Notes under the pieces: generated by a model
Database searches by the model: none
What the model was told of the DNA's origin: nothing
The model's input: only the letters and a program-made list of their open reading frames with translations
Shown here: one piece after another, positions 8,389 to 17,194 of the stretch
Position numbering within the stretch: position 1 is the stretch's first letter
Layout of the letters: every line of letters starts with the position of its first letter
Assembly (NCBI GenBank): GCA_021463845.1
Contig: JAJTXV010000001.1
Location: forward strand, 518,174 to 582,173
Length of the DNA: 64,000 nt
Origin: Anaerolineales bacterium
GTDB lineage: Bacteria > Chloroflexota > Anaerolineae > Anaerolineales > UBA11579
Direction of reading: 5' to 3'
Program-made: the position numbers and the translations under genes

Positions 8389-10269
8389 CTATTCTCCAGA
8401 GGATGGCGGAGCCGGCGGCATGCCCGGCGTGCCGGGGCCGTATTGGTACACAGCTGCCCAGGGTTGGTACTTGGTCGTGATGACATCTTCGTTGATTACC
8501 TCGCCGTTGCGGTACACCGTGCGCGTCACGCGCACGGTAGCGCCCTCAGCAGCATAATCCACTTGATCGATCTCGCCAGTGGCAAAATCGGGATTCTCTT
8601 CGTACTTATCCTCCAGCGCCGGCACAATATCGCGCGGGCCGGTTGTGTTCCACTCCACGCTGCGCCCATCTGAGGTGGAGTAGAACTTCCAGGTGATGGA
8701 GCGGGCCGCCACGTTGACGTATGTCTCCATCAGTAGCCAGCTGTCGGTATCGTTCTGGAACTTGAAGTCAACCACCGGCGCGTACACTGTTGCATCCAGG
8801 CCCACCAGACGCGGGTCGCGCTGTACGGCGGCATTGTACTCGTAGTAGCTCACGCGGTAGGCATGGGCATAGCGTTCGATGATAGGGAAGCCGCCAAAGA
8901 ACGCGGCCCGGAACAGAGTGGTACTCACCTGGCACACGCCGCCGCCCACGCCCTGGATGGTGCGCCCACCGAAGATGATCAACGCCTCGGCAAAGCCGGA
9001 ATCGAGGCTGATGTCGCCGATGTTGTCCACCATCGAAAATACTGCGCCAGGCGGCACCAGCAGGCCATGAAAGCGCTCGGCGGCGGTCTGTATGTTCTGA
9101 ATGCGCTCCGGGCTGGAGCCGTAGAAATATGTGGTGGCTTCGACGACCAGCTCACGCAGGCCGAGGTCAGCGGCCTTGGCGTCATCCAGCACGGTGGGTT
9201 CGGTGAGGGTGTATTGCAGGTCGATCTGATGGGCGCCTTGGGCCAGCTGGGCGTTGATGTGATCAATGCTGTTTTGCACATGTAGCTGGCGGCCAATAAT
9301 GGCTGATTTGTAGAGATCGAGTTCGCGCGTCTCGTCATTGAAGATGAAGCGCGCATTGCGCGGCGTAGCAGCCACATCGGCAGACAGCGGCAGCAGGATC
9401 GCGGCCAGCTTGTCTGACTGCAGACCCACCTGGTAGTGTGCGCCATCGCCAGTTTCCACGCGCTCGATGCTCAGCATACCTGCCAGCTGCTCCGGCTCCA
9501 GCGTCCACGGTCCCGGGGCGTCCTCGTAATCGCCACCAGGGGCGATCACGAGCGGCTGGCTCAGGATGCCGCGGGCGATCTCGGCCTGCGCGCTCACGTC
9601 CAGGATGCGCGGCGGCTGCTCGATAACGGCCAGCGGCACGCGCACGTCTTGCATATCCAGCAGGGTGGCGGCCAGGAAGGCGCCCGTGCGCTCGGTATCC
9701 AGGGTCAGGCCCACTTGGCCGGGCTGCACTTGCACATCCAGCCCGTTGACGCTGAGCTGGGCTTCGACGGTGGGGCGGTTGAATTGGCTCGCCAGGCCTT
9801 GCAGAGTCAGCTGGGCCTGGTCGCCATTGAAAATCAGGCGCGGCGCCAGCTGTGCGCCGCCGCGCAGCGATTGGATCTTCTCGGCAATGCCTTCCCACGG
9901 CAGCCAGCTGCGGCCAAAGCCATAGGCCGCCTGGGCGCTGGCTTCGGCATCCAGCAGCAGGCCCAACTGGGCCGGGCTGTAGGTCCAGCTCTGGTCGCCA
10001 TAGGTCAGCGTCACCTGCCCGCTGAGCGGGTAGGTGAGCTGCTGGCTGAGGTAGGCGATCGCCTCGGTGCGGCGCATGCCGCCGATGTCCACGCCGCCCA
10101 CGCTGACGCCGGGATACACGCGGCCCAGGTACATCAGGCCAAAGATGACCGAGAACAGGAAGGCGGCCAGCGCAAGCAGCCCGGCGGCTACCGCCAGGGC
10201 GGCTGCCGCCTTGGCTACGAAGCGCGGTGGGGCAGGGCTATAGGATTGCGGGTAAGCCGTGGTAGACAT
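8389..10269 (-). CDS. VanW/YoaR-like protein with N-terminal membrane anchor
   Basis: 626 aa. It has an N-terminal TM helix and repeated peptidoglycan-binding-like segments. The C-terminal VanW-type core reads GGGVCQVSTTLFRAAFFGGFPIIERYAHAYRVSYYE. Confidence 0.75.
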   Translation of the reverse strand: MSTTAYPQSYSPAPPRFVAKAAAALAVAAGLLALAAFLFSVIFGLMYLGRVYPGVSVGGVDIGGMRRTEAIAYLSQQLTYPLSGQVTLTYGDQSWTYSPAQLGLLLDAEASAQAAYGFGRSWLPWEGIAEKIQSLRGGAQLAPRLIFNGDQAQLTLQGLASQFNRPTVEAQLSVNGLDVQVQPGQVGLTLDTERTGAFLAATLLDMQDVRVPLAVIEQPPRILDVSAQAEIARGILSQPLVIAPGGDYEDAPGPWTLEPEQLAGMLSIERVETGDGAHYQVGLQSDKLAAILLPLSADVAATPRNARFIFNDETRELDLYKSAIIGRQLHVQNSIDHINAQLAQGAHQIDLQYTLTEPTVLDDAKAADLGLRELVVEATTYFYGSSPERIQNIQTAAERFHGLLVPPGAVFSMVDNIGDISLDSGFAEALIIFGGRTIQGVGGGVCQVSTTLFRAAFFGGFPIIERYAHAYRVSYYEYNAAVQRDPRLVGLDATVYAPVVDFKFQNDTDSWLLMETYVNVAARSITWKFYSTSDGRSVEWNTTGPRDIVPALEDKYEENPDFATGEIDQVDYAAEGATVRVTRTVYRNGEVINEDVITTKYQPWAAVYQYGPGTPGMPPAPPSSGE

Positions 10270-10303
10270 GGGGAAATTGTATCGCTTACTCTCACAGATA
10301 TGA

Positions 10304-10332
10304 TTGACATTTAAAAATATGAGTGATATAAA
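10304..10332 (+). promoter_or_regulatory. Sigma70-like promoter upstream of the S12 paralog
   Basis: TTGACA (10304-10309), a 17-nt spacer, then TATAAA (10327-10332), about 40 nt upstream of ATG 10372. Confidence 0.45.
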
Positions 10333-10371
10333 CTACTGCTTATAAACAAGAATAGATGCTAGGACTGGTAA

Positions 10372-10797
10372 ATGCCAACAATTAATCAATTAGTTCGCAA
10401 GGGTCGTAAGACAAAGAGATCAAAGCAAAAGGCTAAGGCCTTTAAGTTCATTCTAAACTCAAAACTCTCGCTGCGAAAAAAAGATAAGAAGGGTTCCCCA
10501 CAAAAGCGTGGGGTTGCAACCGTAGTCCGCACGATGACGCCACGCAAACCTAATTCGGCGCTTCGAAAGATAATGCGCGTAAGATTATCGAATGGGATGG
10601 AAGTAACTGCTTATATACCAGGTGAAGGTCACACTTTGCAGGAGCACAGCGTCGTTCTAGTTAAGGGCGGAAAAGTTAGAGACTTACCTGGCGTAAGGTA
10701 TCATGTTGTGAGAGGCGCTTTAGATGCTACCGGCGTTGAAGGTAGAAAGCAAAGTAGAAGTAAATACGGAACTAAAAAAGCCAAGAAGGCGAGTTAG
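10372..10797 (+). CDS. rpsL: Ribosomal protein S12 paralog (divergent, stand-alone)
   Basis: 141 aa. S12 motifs run end to end: [20 protein letters not shown](R)[22 protein letters not shown](R)[14 protein letters not shown]. It has no rpsG/fusA/tuf neighbours and lies in low-GC context. Confidence 0.85.
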   Translation: MPTINQLVRKGRKTKRSKQKAKAFKFILNSKLSLRKKDKKGSPQKRGVATVVRTMTPRKPNSALRKIMRVRLSNGMEVTAYIPGEGHTLQEHSVVLVKGGKVRDLPGVRYHVVRGALDATGVEGRKQSRSKYGTKKAKKAS

Positions 10798-10819
10798 CCC
10801 TTTTTTTAAGGTGGTTGCT

Positions 10820-11326
10820 TTGGTTCAGGATGAAAAAATTGTAGCAATTGCGTATAAGCTTCATGTTGATGGAGCTTTATATGAAAGCGTCTCTAGCCAA
10901 GCTCCATTTGAGTATCTTCATGGTGGCAGTAATATCCTTACCGCGCTTGAAAAGGTGCTGCAGGGCAAATCAATTGGTGAAACTGTTGAAGTCAAGCTTT
11001 TAGCTGACCAAGCTTTTGGGGATTATGATGAGGACAGCGTAGAGGTGGTTCCGCGGAGTGATTTTGTCTTTACCCAGCCCGGCATCAATATAGAAGTTGG
11101 CCAGCAGGTTCAGCTAGTTGACAGTGAAGGCAATCTTACAAATTATGTTGTAACGAGATTTGATGACGCTGTTGTGGTTTTAGACCCTAATCATCAATTA
11201 GCGGGCAAGCAATTAAGTTTCACGATTGAAGTTGTAGGAATTAGGGAGCCATCTGCAAGCGAGCGTGATCGAGGTGTACCTAATAGTCTCGACTCAAGGC
11301 TTGGAGTGGTATTGAGACAGGAATAA
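10820..11326 (+). CDS. slyD: SlyD-like FKBP-type peptidyl-prolyl isomerase (no His-rich tail)
   Basis: ORF 10724..11326. The plausible start is TTG 10820 (SD AAGGTGG 5 nt upstream), with GTG 10811 as an alternative. It is collinear with SlyD: IVAIAYKLHVDG...PFEYLHGGSNILTALEKVLQGKSIGE...DPNHQLAGKQLSFTIEVVGIREPS. Confidence 0.75.
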   Translation: MVQDEKIVAIAYKLHVDGALYESVSSQAPFEYLHGGSNILTALEKVLQGKSIGETVEVKLLADQAFGDYDEDSVEVVPRSDFVFTQPGINIEVGQQVQLVDSEGNLTNYVVTRFDDAVVVLDPNHQLAGKQLSFTIEVVGIREPSASERDRGVPNSLDSRLGVVLRQE

Positions 11327-11375
11327 AATTTGTTGTTTTGATAGGCGGAGTGTTATTGTCTATACGGAGATTGAA

Positions 11376-12629
11376 TTGAAAAAGCTCCTTCTCGGGTGTC
11401 TCGGCGTTCTTCTGTTTGCATGTTCACCGGTGAGCAACTCTGGCACTGTTACTACGCTTCGAATTTTTGACTATTCACCAGATGCAGCAGCTTTCTGGGT
11501 CGAAATTATCCCACTGTTTGAACTTGAATACCCAGACATTGAAATTGTACACGAGTCGGTAACCCCGGATGTTTTTTTTCAATTGAAGTCTGCGAAAATT
11601 GCTGGTCAGAGCGTTGATATTATCTCAGGGCAACCACAAGACGACCTATTTACTAAGGCAAATAGAGATCTCTTTCTCCCATTGTCTGGCGAGGATTTCC
11701 TTGCAAATTTTTATCCTGATTTAGTTCAGCAGGGAGTAGTGGATGGGGAGATTTACTTAGTGCCGACAAGTATGGAAACGGTTTTAGTGTTTTATAACAA
11801 AGAAATCTTTGCCGAGCATGACCTCTCGATCCCTAGAACTTGGTCTGAATTCCTAAGTTGCCTTGAGGTTTTAGAAGCTGCCGGACATATTCCCATTTTA
11901 TTCGGTGGCCAACAGCAATGGCCTGTTGCCATGCACATTATTGCTCTAGAAACTGCGATTGTTAGAAGTGCTAACCCGGATTTTTATAGTCAAGTAAGAA
12001 TGGGAGAGAGTGCACACAATGATCCGGAGTGGGTAGAAGTCTTTGAAAAGCTATCAGTGCTTAAGGATTACTATCAACAATTTAGTCTTGGTCAGGACTA
12101 CGATCAAATTCCAAGTCTTTTCGCTTCAGGTACCGGGGCGATGATTATTGATGGGAGCTGGCAGGCTGGAGCTATAACAAAAGCTCAGCCGATCTTTGAT
12201 GTCGGAGTCTTTGCACTTCCAGGGACCGATGACGTTGATGCAAATGGCGTTGTATCAACAAAAATGGGGAATGGCTTTATGGTACTCAAGGATTCCCCAA
12301 ATCACGAAGCAGCTTTGAAATTCCTTGAGTTCTTCTCCCGACCAGAGATATACCAATTGTATGCTAATGCTACTGGCCGGCTACCATCGCAGCGTTCCGC
12401 GGAAATTACTGACTCCGTTTTGTTGGAGATCTTACGAACAATTAATGATGAGAAGTATCGTCAAGTAATGGTTTGGGAAAATTTAGTAATTCCTGGTGCT
12501 CGTTATGATTTTGATGCGCTTGGAATAGCGGTTGTGTCCGGAGATCTTTCGGGAATTGAGGCGGCAAACCGAATGCAGCAAAACATTTTAGATACTAAGG
12601 ATGATTGGGAAGAAATAGAGCTTCCATGA
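11376..12629 (+). CDS. ABC transporter substrate-binding lipoprotein (carbohydrate/CUT1-like)
   Basis: 417 aa with a TTG start. It has a lipobox (LLFACSP) and the layout of extracellular solute-binding family 1. Two MalF/MalG-type permeases follow it. Confidence 0.75.
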   Translation: MKKLLLGCLGVLLFACSPVSNSGTVTTLRIFDYSPDAAAFWVEIIPLFELEYPDIEIVHESVTPDVFFQLKSAKIAGQSVDIISGQPQDDLFTKANRDLFLPLSGEDFLANFYPDLVQQGVVDGEIYLVPTSMETVLVFYNKEIFAEHDLSIPRTWSEFLSCLEVLEAAGHIPILFGGQQQWPVAMHIIALETAIVRSANPDFYSQVRMGESAHNDPEWVEVFEKLSVLKDYYQQFSLGQDYDQIPSLFASGTGAMIIDGSWQAGAITKAQPIFDVGVFALPGTDDVDANGVVSTKMGNGFMVLKDSPNHEAALKFLEFFSRPEIYQLYANATGRLPSQRSAEITDSVLLEILRTINDEKYRQVMVWENLVIPGARYDFDALGIAVVSGDLSGIEAANRMQQNILDTKDDWEEIELP

Positions 12630-12662
12630 AAAGCGTAATGAGCACAATTCGGCTAGCTTAGT

Positions 12663-13568
12663 GTGTTCAAAAAACCGTTGTGGTCGAAAATTTCAGTTTA
12701 CCTTCCTTTTTTCGCGGCTGTCTTTCTCTTTTCCTTCTTTTTTTTGCTCCCAGCTTTTTTGAACTTAGTCTTCTCAGTTACAGATTTTGATGGAAATATT
12801 AATCAGATTCATTATATTGGTTTGCAAAACTTTGTTCGTGCATTTACGCTCGACCAAATGCGGATTTCTAACTCCCTCTTCGTAACATTAGTTTTTACAA
12901 TTGGGTCAGTCATCCCTTTAAATACTTTGGGCCTAGCATTGGCAGTTCTTGCTTTGGATGACACCCTCTACAATAGGGTTATCCGAGTAATAGTTTTTTC
13001 TCCTGCCATTTTGGGAACAATAGTTGTGGGGCTTACGTGGAGGCTGATGCTTGATCCTACGCGTGGACCTGTGAATGCTTTTTTACAAAAAATTGGAGAA
13101 GGCTCGGCGCTTTTGGGGGACTTGACGCTCTCTCTGCCCTTGGTCATTTTTGTTCGAGTTTGGATGTACTTGGGTTATACGATGCTCATATACACGATAG
13201 GCTTAAAAGCAATTAATTCAAGTATATATGATGCTGCTGTGGTAGACGGAGCCTCCTCGTTTCAGGTGTTTAGATTAATTTCTCTTCCTCTTCTTATCCC
13301 CGCAATATTAGTGAACTTGTTTTTTACAACTGTCGGCGCCTTAAATACATACGACATAATTGTTGTGCTTACAAATGGAGGGCCGCTGGATCGAACGACT
13401 ACACTCCCACTTTTTGTATATCGTATCCTTACTTCTGGCAGTACAATTGCATCTAGATATGGGACATTGGCCTATGGGACTGCAATTTCTACTGTTCACT
13501 TTATCTTGGTGATGTTAGCCGCGCTGGTTGCATACATTATTCTAAGGAAAGCGGCGAGCTCTTTTTGA
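12663..13568 (+). CDS. ABC transporter permease (MalF-like)
   Basis: 301 aa with six TM helices. The EAA-type loop reads IDGASSFQVFRLISLPLL. Confidence 0.8.
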   Translation: MFKKPLWSKISVYLPFFAAVFLFSFFFLLPAFLNLVFSVTDFDGNINQIHYIGLQNFVRAFTLDQMRISNSLFVTLVFTIGSVIPLNTLGLALAVLALDDTLYNRVIRVIVFSPAILGTIVVGLTWRLMLDPTRGPVNAFLQKIGEGSALLGDLTLSLPLVIFVRVWMYLGYTMLIYTIGLKAINSSIYDAAVVDGASSFQVFRLISLPLLIPAILVNLFFTTVGALNTYDIIVVLTNGGPLDRTTTLPLFVYRILTSGSTIASRYGTLAYGTAISTVHFILVMLAALVAYIILRKAASSF

Positions 13569-14383
13569 TGCAAGGACTTTTCAGCAGGAAAATTGCCAGG
13601 ATAAGTCTTGCGTGGTTTGCAGGATTAGTACTTGTGCCACTCTTATTGATTCTTCGGGTGTCATTGAAAGGAGAGGTTGATTGGCTGCAAAGGCCTCTTG
13701 ATTTCTTTTCTCCAGTTTATTTTGAAAACTACTTGGTTGCGTGGACAACTGCCCAGCTGGGAAAATCCTTTGCAAACAGTTTATTGTATTCATTATCAAC
13801 TGCCCTGATTGTGTGCCTAAGTGGCTTGATTATCGCTTACCCGATTTCCAGAAGAAATGTGCCCTACAGTTTATTTTGGCTTGCTTTGTTTGCGATTGGC
13901 CTTGTGATCCCCTTGGGGTTGATTCCTAGCGTTTATTTATTTAGATACTTGGGACTATACAACACTTACTTTGGATATGTGCTAGTTAGCTGCGCTATTA
14001 ATTTGCCCGTGGCGGTATTTTTGTTCGTGGCGTTCATTAAAACTATGCCTATTGAGCTTGAAGAAGCAGCCATCTTGGACGGATGCTCATACTTTGGTTT
14101 TCTTTATAGGATTTTGATTCCTCTAATGAAACCGGCAATTTTTGTTTCCGGATTATTGACGATAATATCAGTTTGGAATGACTTCATTAATCCCATGCTT
14201 TTTATTTCTGAAGCTTCATTGAGGCCTCTAACAACAAGTATTTATGTGTTTCAAGGGCAATTCGCGACTAACTGGCCATTATTGTCTGCTGCGATTGTCA
14301 TGATATCTCTGCCATTGGTCGCTATATTAATACTTTTGCAAAAAGAATTGGTGCCTAGTTTGCTTATAGAGTCATCAAAATAG
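13565..14383 (+). CDS. ABC transporter permease (MalG-like)
   Basis: 272 aa. It overlaps the upstream permease by 4 nt. The EAA loop reads EEAAILDGCSYFGFLYRILIPLMKP. Confidence 0.8.
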   Translation: MMQGLFSRKIARISLAWFAGLVLVPLLLILRVSLKGEVDWLQRPLDFFSPVYFENYLVAWTTAQLGKSFANSLLYSLSTALIVCLSGLIIAYPISRRNVPYSLFWLALFAIGLVIPLGLIPSVYLFRYLGLYNTYFGYVLVSCAINLPVAVFLFVAFIKTMPIELEEAAILDGCSYFGFLYRILIPLMKPAIFVSGLLTIISVWNDFINPMLFISEASLRPLTTSIYVFQGQFATNWPLLSAAIVMISLPLVAILILLQKELVPSLLIESSK

Positions 14384-14395
14384 ATGGGCGTGTAA

Positions 14396-14908
14396 ATGAC
14401 ATCTACTAACTCCTCTCCCCAACCCGTCTCCGTTTCGCGCATCACCATCTCCCAGCTGATGCAGCCGGAGAATGCCAACCTGCTCGGCAATGTCCACGGC
14501 GGCCACATCATGAAGCTGGTCGACGAGGCCGGCGCCCTGGCCTGCATGAAGCACAGCCGCCAGCGCGTGGTCACCGTGGCGGTGGACCGCATGACCTTCC
14601 AGCATCCCATCCGCATCGGTGACCTCATCATCATCCATGCCGAGGTCAGTTATGTCGGCAGCACCTCGATGGAGGCCGAGGTCTCTGTGCACGCCGAGAA
14701 CCCCACCACCGGCGAGAGCTGGCACACCAATACCGCCTACCTGGTCTATGTAGCCTTGGGCGAGGACGGCAAGCCGGTGCGCGTGCCGCCGCTGGAAGCT
14801 GAGAACGACTTCCAGCGCCAGCGCATGGAGCAGGGCGCCGCCCGCCAGAAGTATCGCCTCGAACAGGCCAAGCAGGAACGCTCCCTCTTCGGCAAAGACT
14901 CTGCATGA
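14396..14908 (+). CDS. Acyl-CoA thioesterase (hotdog fold)
   Basis: 170 aa. ISQLMQPENANLLGNVHGGHIMKLVDEAGALA is the YciA/ACOT-type hotdog signature. Confidence 0.8.
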   Translation: MTSTNSSPQPVSVSRITISQLMQPENANLLGNVHGGHIMKLVDEAGALACMKHSRQRVVTVAVDRMTFQHPIRIGDLIIIHAEVSYVGSTSMEAEVSVHAENPTTGESWHTNTAYLVYVALGEDGKPVRVPPLEAENDFQRQRMEQGAARQKYRLEQAKQERSLFGKDSA

Positions 14909-15489
14909 GTTCGCCGCGCATCATTGCCGGCAGCGCCCGCGGGCTGCGCCTCAAGTCGGTGCCGGGCGACGGCACCCGGCCCATTACCGACCGCGCCAAA
15001 GAATCGCTGTTCAACATTCTGCGCCCCAATCTGCCCGGCGGCGCATTCCTCGACTTGTTCGCTGGCACCGGTTCTGTTGGGATCGAAGCGCTCAGCCAGG
15101 GCGCCGGGCATGTTCGCCTGATCGACAACAGCCGCGCCGCGGTCGAGACCATCTACAGCAATCTCACCGCCGCCAAGCTGCAGGCCCGCGCCGAAGTGCG
15201 CCAGGCGGACGCCTTTACGCACCTGGCGCTGCCGCCTGACCGCCAGTTTGACTACGCCTTCATCGCTCCGCCGCAGTATCACGGCCTATGGAAGCGCGCC
15301 CTGCTGGCGCTGGATGCCGCGCCCGGCTGGCTGGTAGATGACGCCTGGATCATCGTGCAGATCGACCCGACTGAATATGAAGCTGTTGAGTTGCAGAACT
15401 TAGAGGAATTTGACCAGCGCAAGTATGGCAATGTGCTGCTGGTGTTTTACGAACTTACACCCTCACCCGTAGACTCAAGTACTGAATGA
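14905..15489 (+). CDS. rsmD: 16S rRNA (guanine966-N2)-methyltransferase
   Basis: 194 aa. Motifs: RIIAGSARGLRL..P.G..TRPITDRAKESLFNIL, FLDLFAGTGSVGIEALSQGA, and a PPQY-type motif. Confidence 0.8.
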   Translation: MSSPRIIAGSARGLRLKSVPGDGTRPITDRAKESLFNILRPNLPGGAFLDLFAGTGSVGIEALSQGAGHVRLIDNSRAAVETIYSNLTAAKLQARAEVRQADAFTHLALPPDRQFDYAFIAPPQYHGLWKRALLALDAAPGWLVDDAWIIVQIDPTEYEAVELQNLEEFDQRKYGNVLLVFYELTPSPVDSSTE

Positions 15490-15521
15490 TTTAGTCCGCC
15501 CTCTCTGATTGAGAGAGGGCG

Positions 15522-16118
15522 CTACACCGCCCGTTTCAACTTCTGCCCGCAGTTCGGGCATTCTTTCTCTTTCGCCAGGATCACAAAACCGCACTTCGGG
15601 CAGCCGCTGGGTTGCACATCGCCCATCGGCGCCCCGCAGGCCACGCAGCGGCCCTCGCCCACGGCGTTGGCTGTGTTGCAGTAGCTGCAGGCCATGCGCT
15701 GCATGCGCCGCGCCAGCTGGGTACTGGCGCCGCCGTTGGCTGCCATGCGGTCGAGCAGCTTCCAGACTTGCTGCTCCAGCGAGAGGTTTTCGATGTCGGC
15801 GGCAATGTCATCCAGGCGGCCCAGCAGGTTGATCGGGTTGAGCCAGGTCAGCAGGGCGCTGGCGCCAAGGCTGCCAGCTAACCCCAGCACAGACTGCTCG
15901 CCTACACTGGCCTCGATGCGTTCGCCGCGTTTGGCCAGCGCCACCGCCAGGCTGGTGCGCCCGCCGCTGGTGCGGTTGTCGCGCGTGTTGATGCTCACAT
16001 AGGCGGTGTCGCCGCGCACGGATGATTGCGCCGCCAGCCCGCCGCGGTTGAAGAAGTTCGCCAGCGTGGTCGCCATCTCCTCGTGGTCAAGGTCGCCGTG
16101 GTATCGCTTGGTTTTCAT
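15522..16118 (-). CDS. Hypothetical protein with C-terminal double zinc ribbon
   Basis: 198 aa. The C-terminus is CSYCN..17..CVACG...CPKCG..11..CPNCG. I do not recognise the N-terminal domain. Confidence 0.5.
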   Translation of the reverse strand: MKTKRYHGDLDHEEMATTLANFFNRGGLAAQSSVRGDTAYVSINTRDNRTSGGRTSLAVALAKRGERIEASVGEQSVLGLAGSLGASALLTWLNPINLLGRLDDIAADIENLSLEQQVWKLLDRMAANGGASTQLARRMQRMACSYCNTANAVGEGRCVACGAPMGDVQPSGCPKCGFVILAKEKECPNCGQKLKRAV

Positions 16119-16160
16119 CGCGCACTCATCCTGCGCTGATTATAATCATGGCGTTTCTCA

Positions 16161-16790
16161 ATGAAATCCCTGCGACTTTTCTCCATCAGTTGTGCGCTCA
16201 TGCTGGCAGGCTTGTTCAGTTTGCTGGCCGCGCCCCTGTTCTCGCCGGCCTATGCTGCGCCAGATTTCCAGCAGCCCACGGTCTCCATCGCCACCGTCAC
16301 CGGTACGCCAGTGGGCGCGTATATCATCGTTGACCCCTCGCATGTGCAAGTGAACGTGCGCAGCGGCCCCGGTACCGACTATCCGACAGTGGGTGTCTTG
16401 GTTGGCGGCGAGCAAGTAGCCGCCAAGGGCCGCTCGGTGGCCGGCGAATGGATCCAGGTCTTCTACCCGGCGGTGGCGGAGGGCGTGGCCTGGGTGTACG
16501 CACCGCTGGTGACCTTGTTCGGCACGGCGCAGCTCAACATCGTTGAGCCGCCGCCCACGCCGACCCCGCGGGTCACGCCCACCATTGACCCCACGCTGGC
16601 GGCCCAGTTCGTGCTGGAGATCCCCGCCACGCGCATGCCCACTTTCACCCCGCCGGAGCCGCTGGAGATCCCCGAATTCGAGCAGGCTGGCACCGGCCGC
16701 GTGGGCGGCGTGCCGGTAGGCATGTTGATCACCGGCGTTGGGTTGATGGGCCTGTTCGCCGCGGCGGTCAGTTACCTGCGCGAGCGTTGA
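16161..16790 (+). CDS. Secreted/anchored SH3b-domain protein
   Basis: 209 aa. It has a signal peptide, an SH3b-like core (VNVRSGPGTDYPTVGVL..GEQV...GEWIQV), a Pro/Thr linker and a C-terminal TM helix. Confidence 0.6.
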   Translation: MKSLRLFSISCALMLAGLFSLLAAPLFSPAYAAPDFQQPTVSIATVTGTPVGAYIIVDPSHVQVNVRSGPGTDYPTVGVLVGGEQVAAKGRSVAGEWIQVFYPAVAEGVAWVYAPLVTLFGTAQLNIVEPPPTPTPRVTPTIDPTLAAQFVLEIPATRMPTFTPPEPLEIPEFEQAGTGRVGGVPVGMLITGVGLMGLFAAAVSYLRER

Positions 16791-16812
16791 GCTAGAAGAG
16801 AAGAGGAGAACA

Positions 16813-17133
16813 ATGAAGGACACGAGAACACTGGGGATTGGCTTGGTGTTGGTGCAGCTGGCCGATATTGCCCTGCATGTAGCTACCGGCCAGTTTGAAC
16901 CGATGCGCGTGGTTGCCAGCCTGGTGCTCGCCTCATGGGCGCTGACGGCGGGCAATGCCCGCCCAGCAGCTGGCTGGGGCGCGCTGGCGGTGTATCTGGG
17001 CTTGAATGCGCTGTTCCTGTTGCAAAACGGCCTCACCAATCCAGAGCAGGGCGGCGCGTTGCGCATCACCTTGTTCGCCCTGGTGCTGATCTCTACAGTG
17101 CTGACCTTCCTCATTCAGCGCAACAAGCGCTAG
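16813..17133 (+). CDS. Small membrane protein (3 TM)
   Basis: 106 aa and hydrophobic. I recognise no family. Confidence 0.45.
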   Translation: MKDTRTLGIGLVLVQLADIALHVATGQFEPMRVVASLVLASWALTAGNARPAAGWGALAVYLGLNALFLLQNGLTNPEQGGALRITLFALVLISTVLTFLIQRNKR

Positions 17134-17144
17134 CACGTTTGCAA

Positions 17145-17180
17145 AAAGAAAAAGGCTGCTCATTGAGCAGCCTTTTTTTG
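17145..17180. terminator. Bidirectional rho-independent terminator
   Basis: The stem is GGCTGCTC-ATT-GAGCAGCC, flanked by an A-run (17145-17153) and a T-run (17173-17179). It lies between convergent genes. Confidence 0.7.
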
Positions 17181-17194
17181 TTAGCTGGTTAGGG

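Larger units (their letters stand above)
10290..14392. other. Low-GC block (putative horizontally acquired island): S12 paralog, SlyD-like PPIase, sugar-type ABC importer
   Basis: Composition shifts abruptly at both edges, from about 40% GC inside to the mid-60s outside (by eye). It shows A/T-ending codons, AGA/AGG Arg codons and TTG/GTG starts. All five genes are on the + strand. No integrase, tRNA or flanking direct repeat is visible. Confidence 0.7.

Noticed and set aside
10724-10819. Overlap of the SlyD-like ORF with the 3' end of the S12 paralog, considered as a possible fused or frameshifted product.
   Set aside because: The overlapping 5' part ([13 protein letters not shown]...) has no similarity to SlyD. 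A TTG or GTG start with an AAGGTGG SD just after the S12 stop gives a normal SlyD N-terminus.
10270-14395. Classifying the low-GC block as a defined mobile element (IS, integron cassette, ICE fragment or prophage).
   Set aside because: I could find no transposase, integrase, recombination site, terminal inverted repeat or target-site duplication at either border. Only the compositional anomaly is supported.
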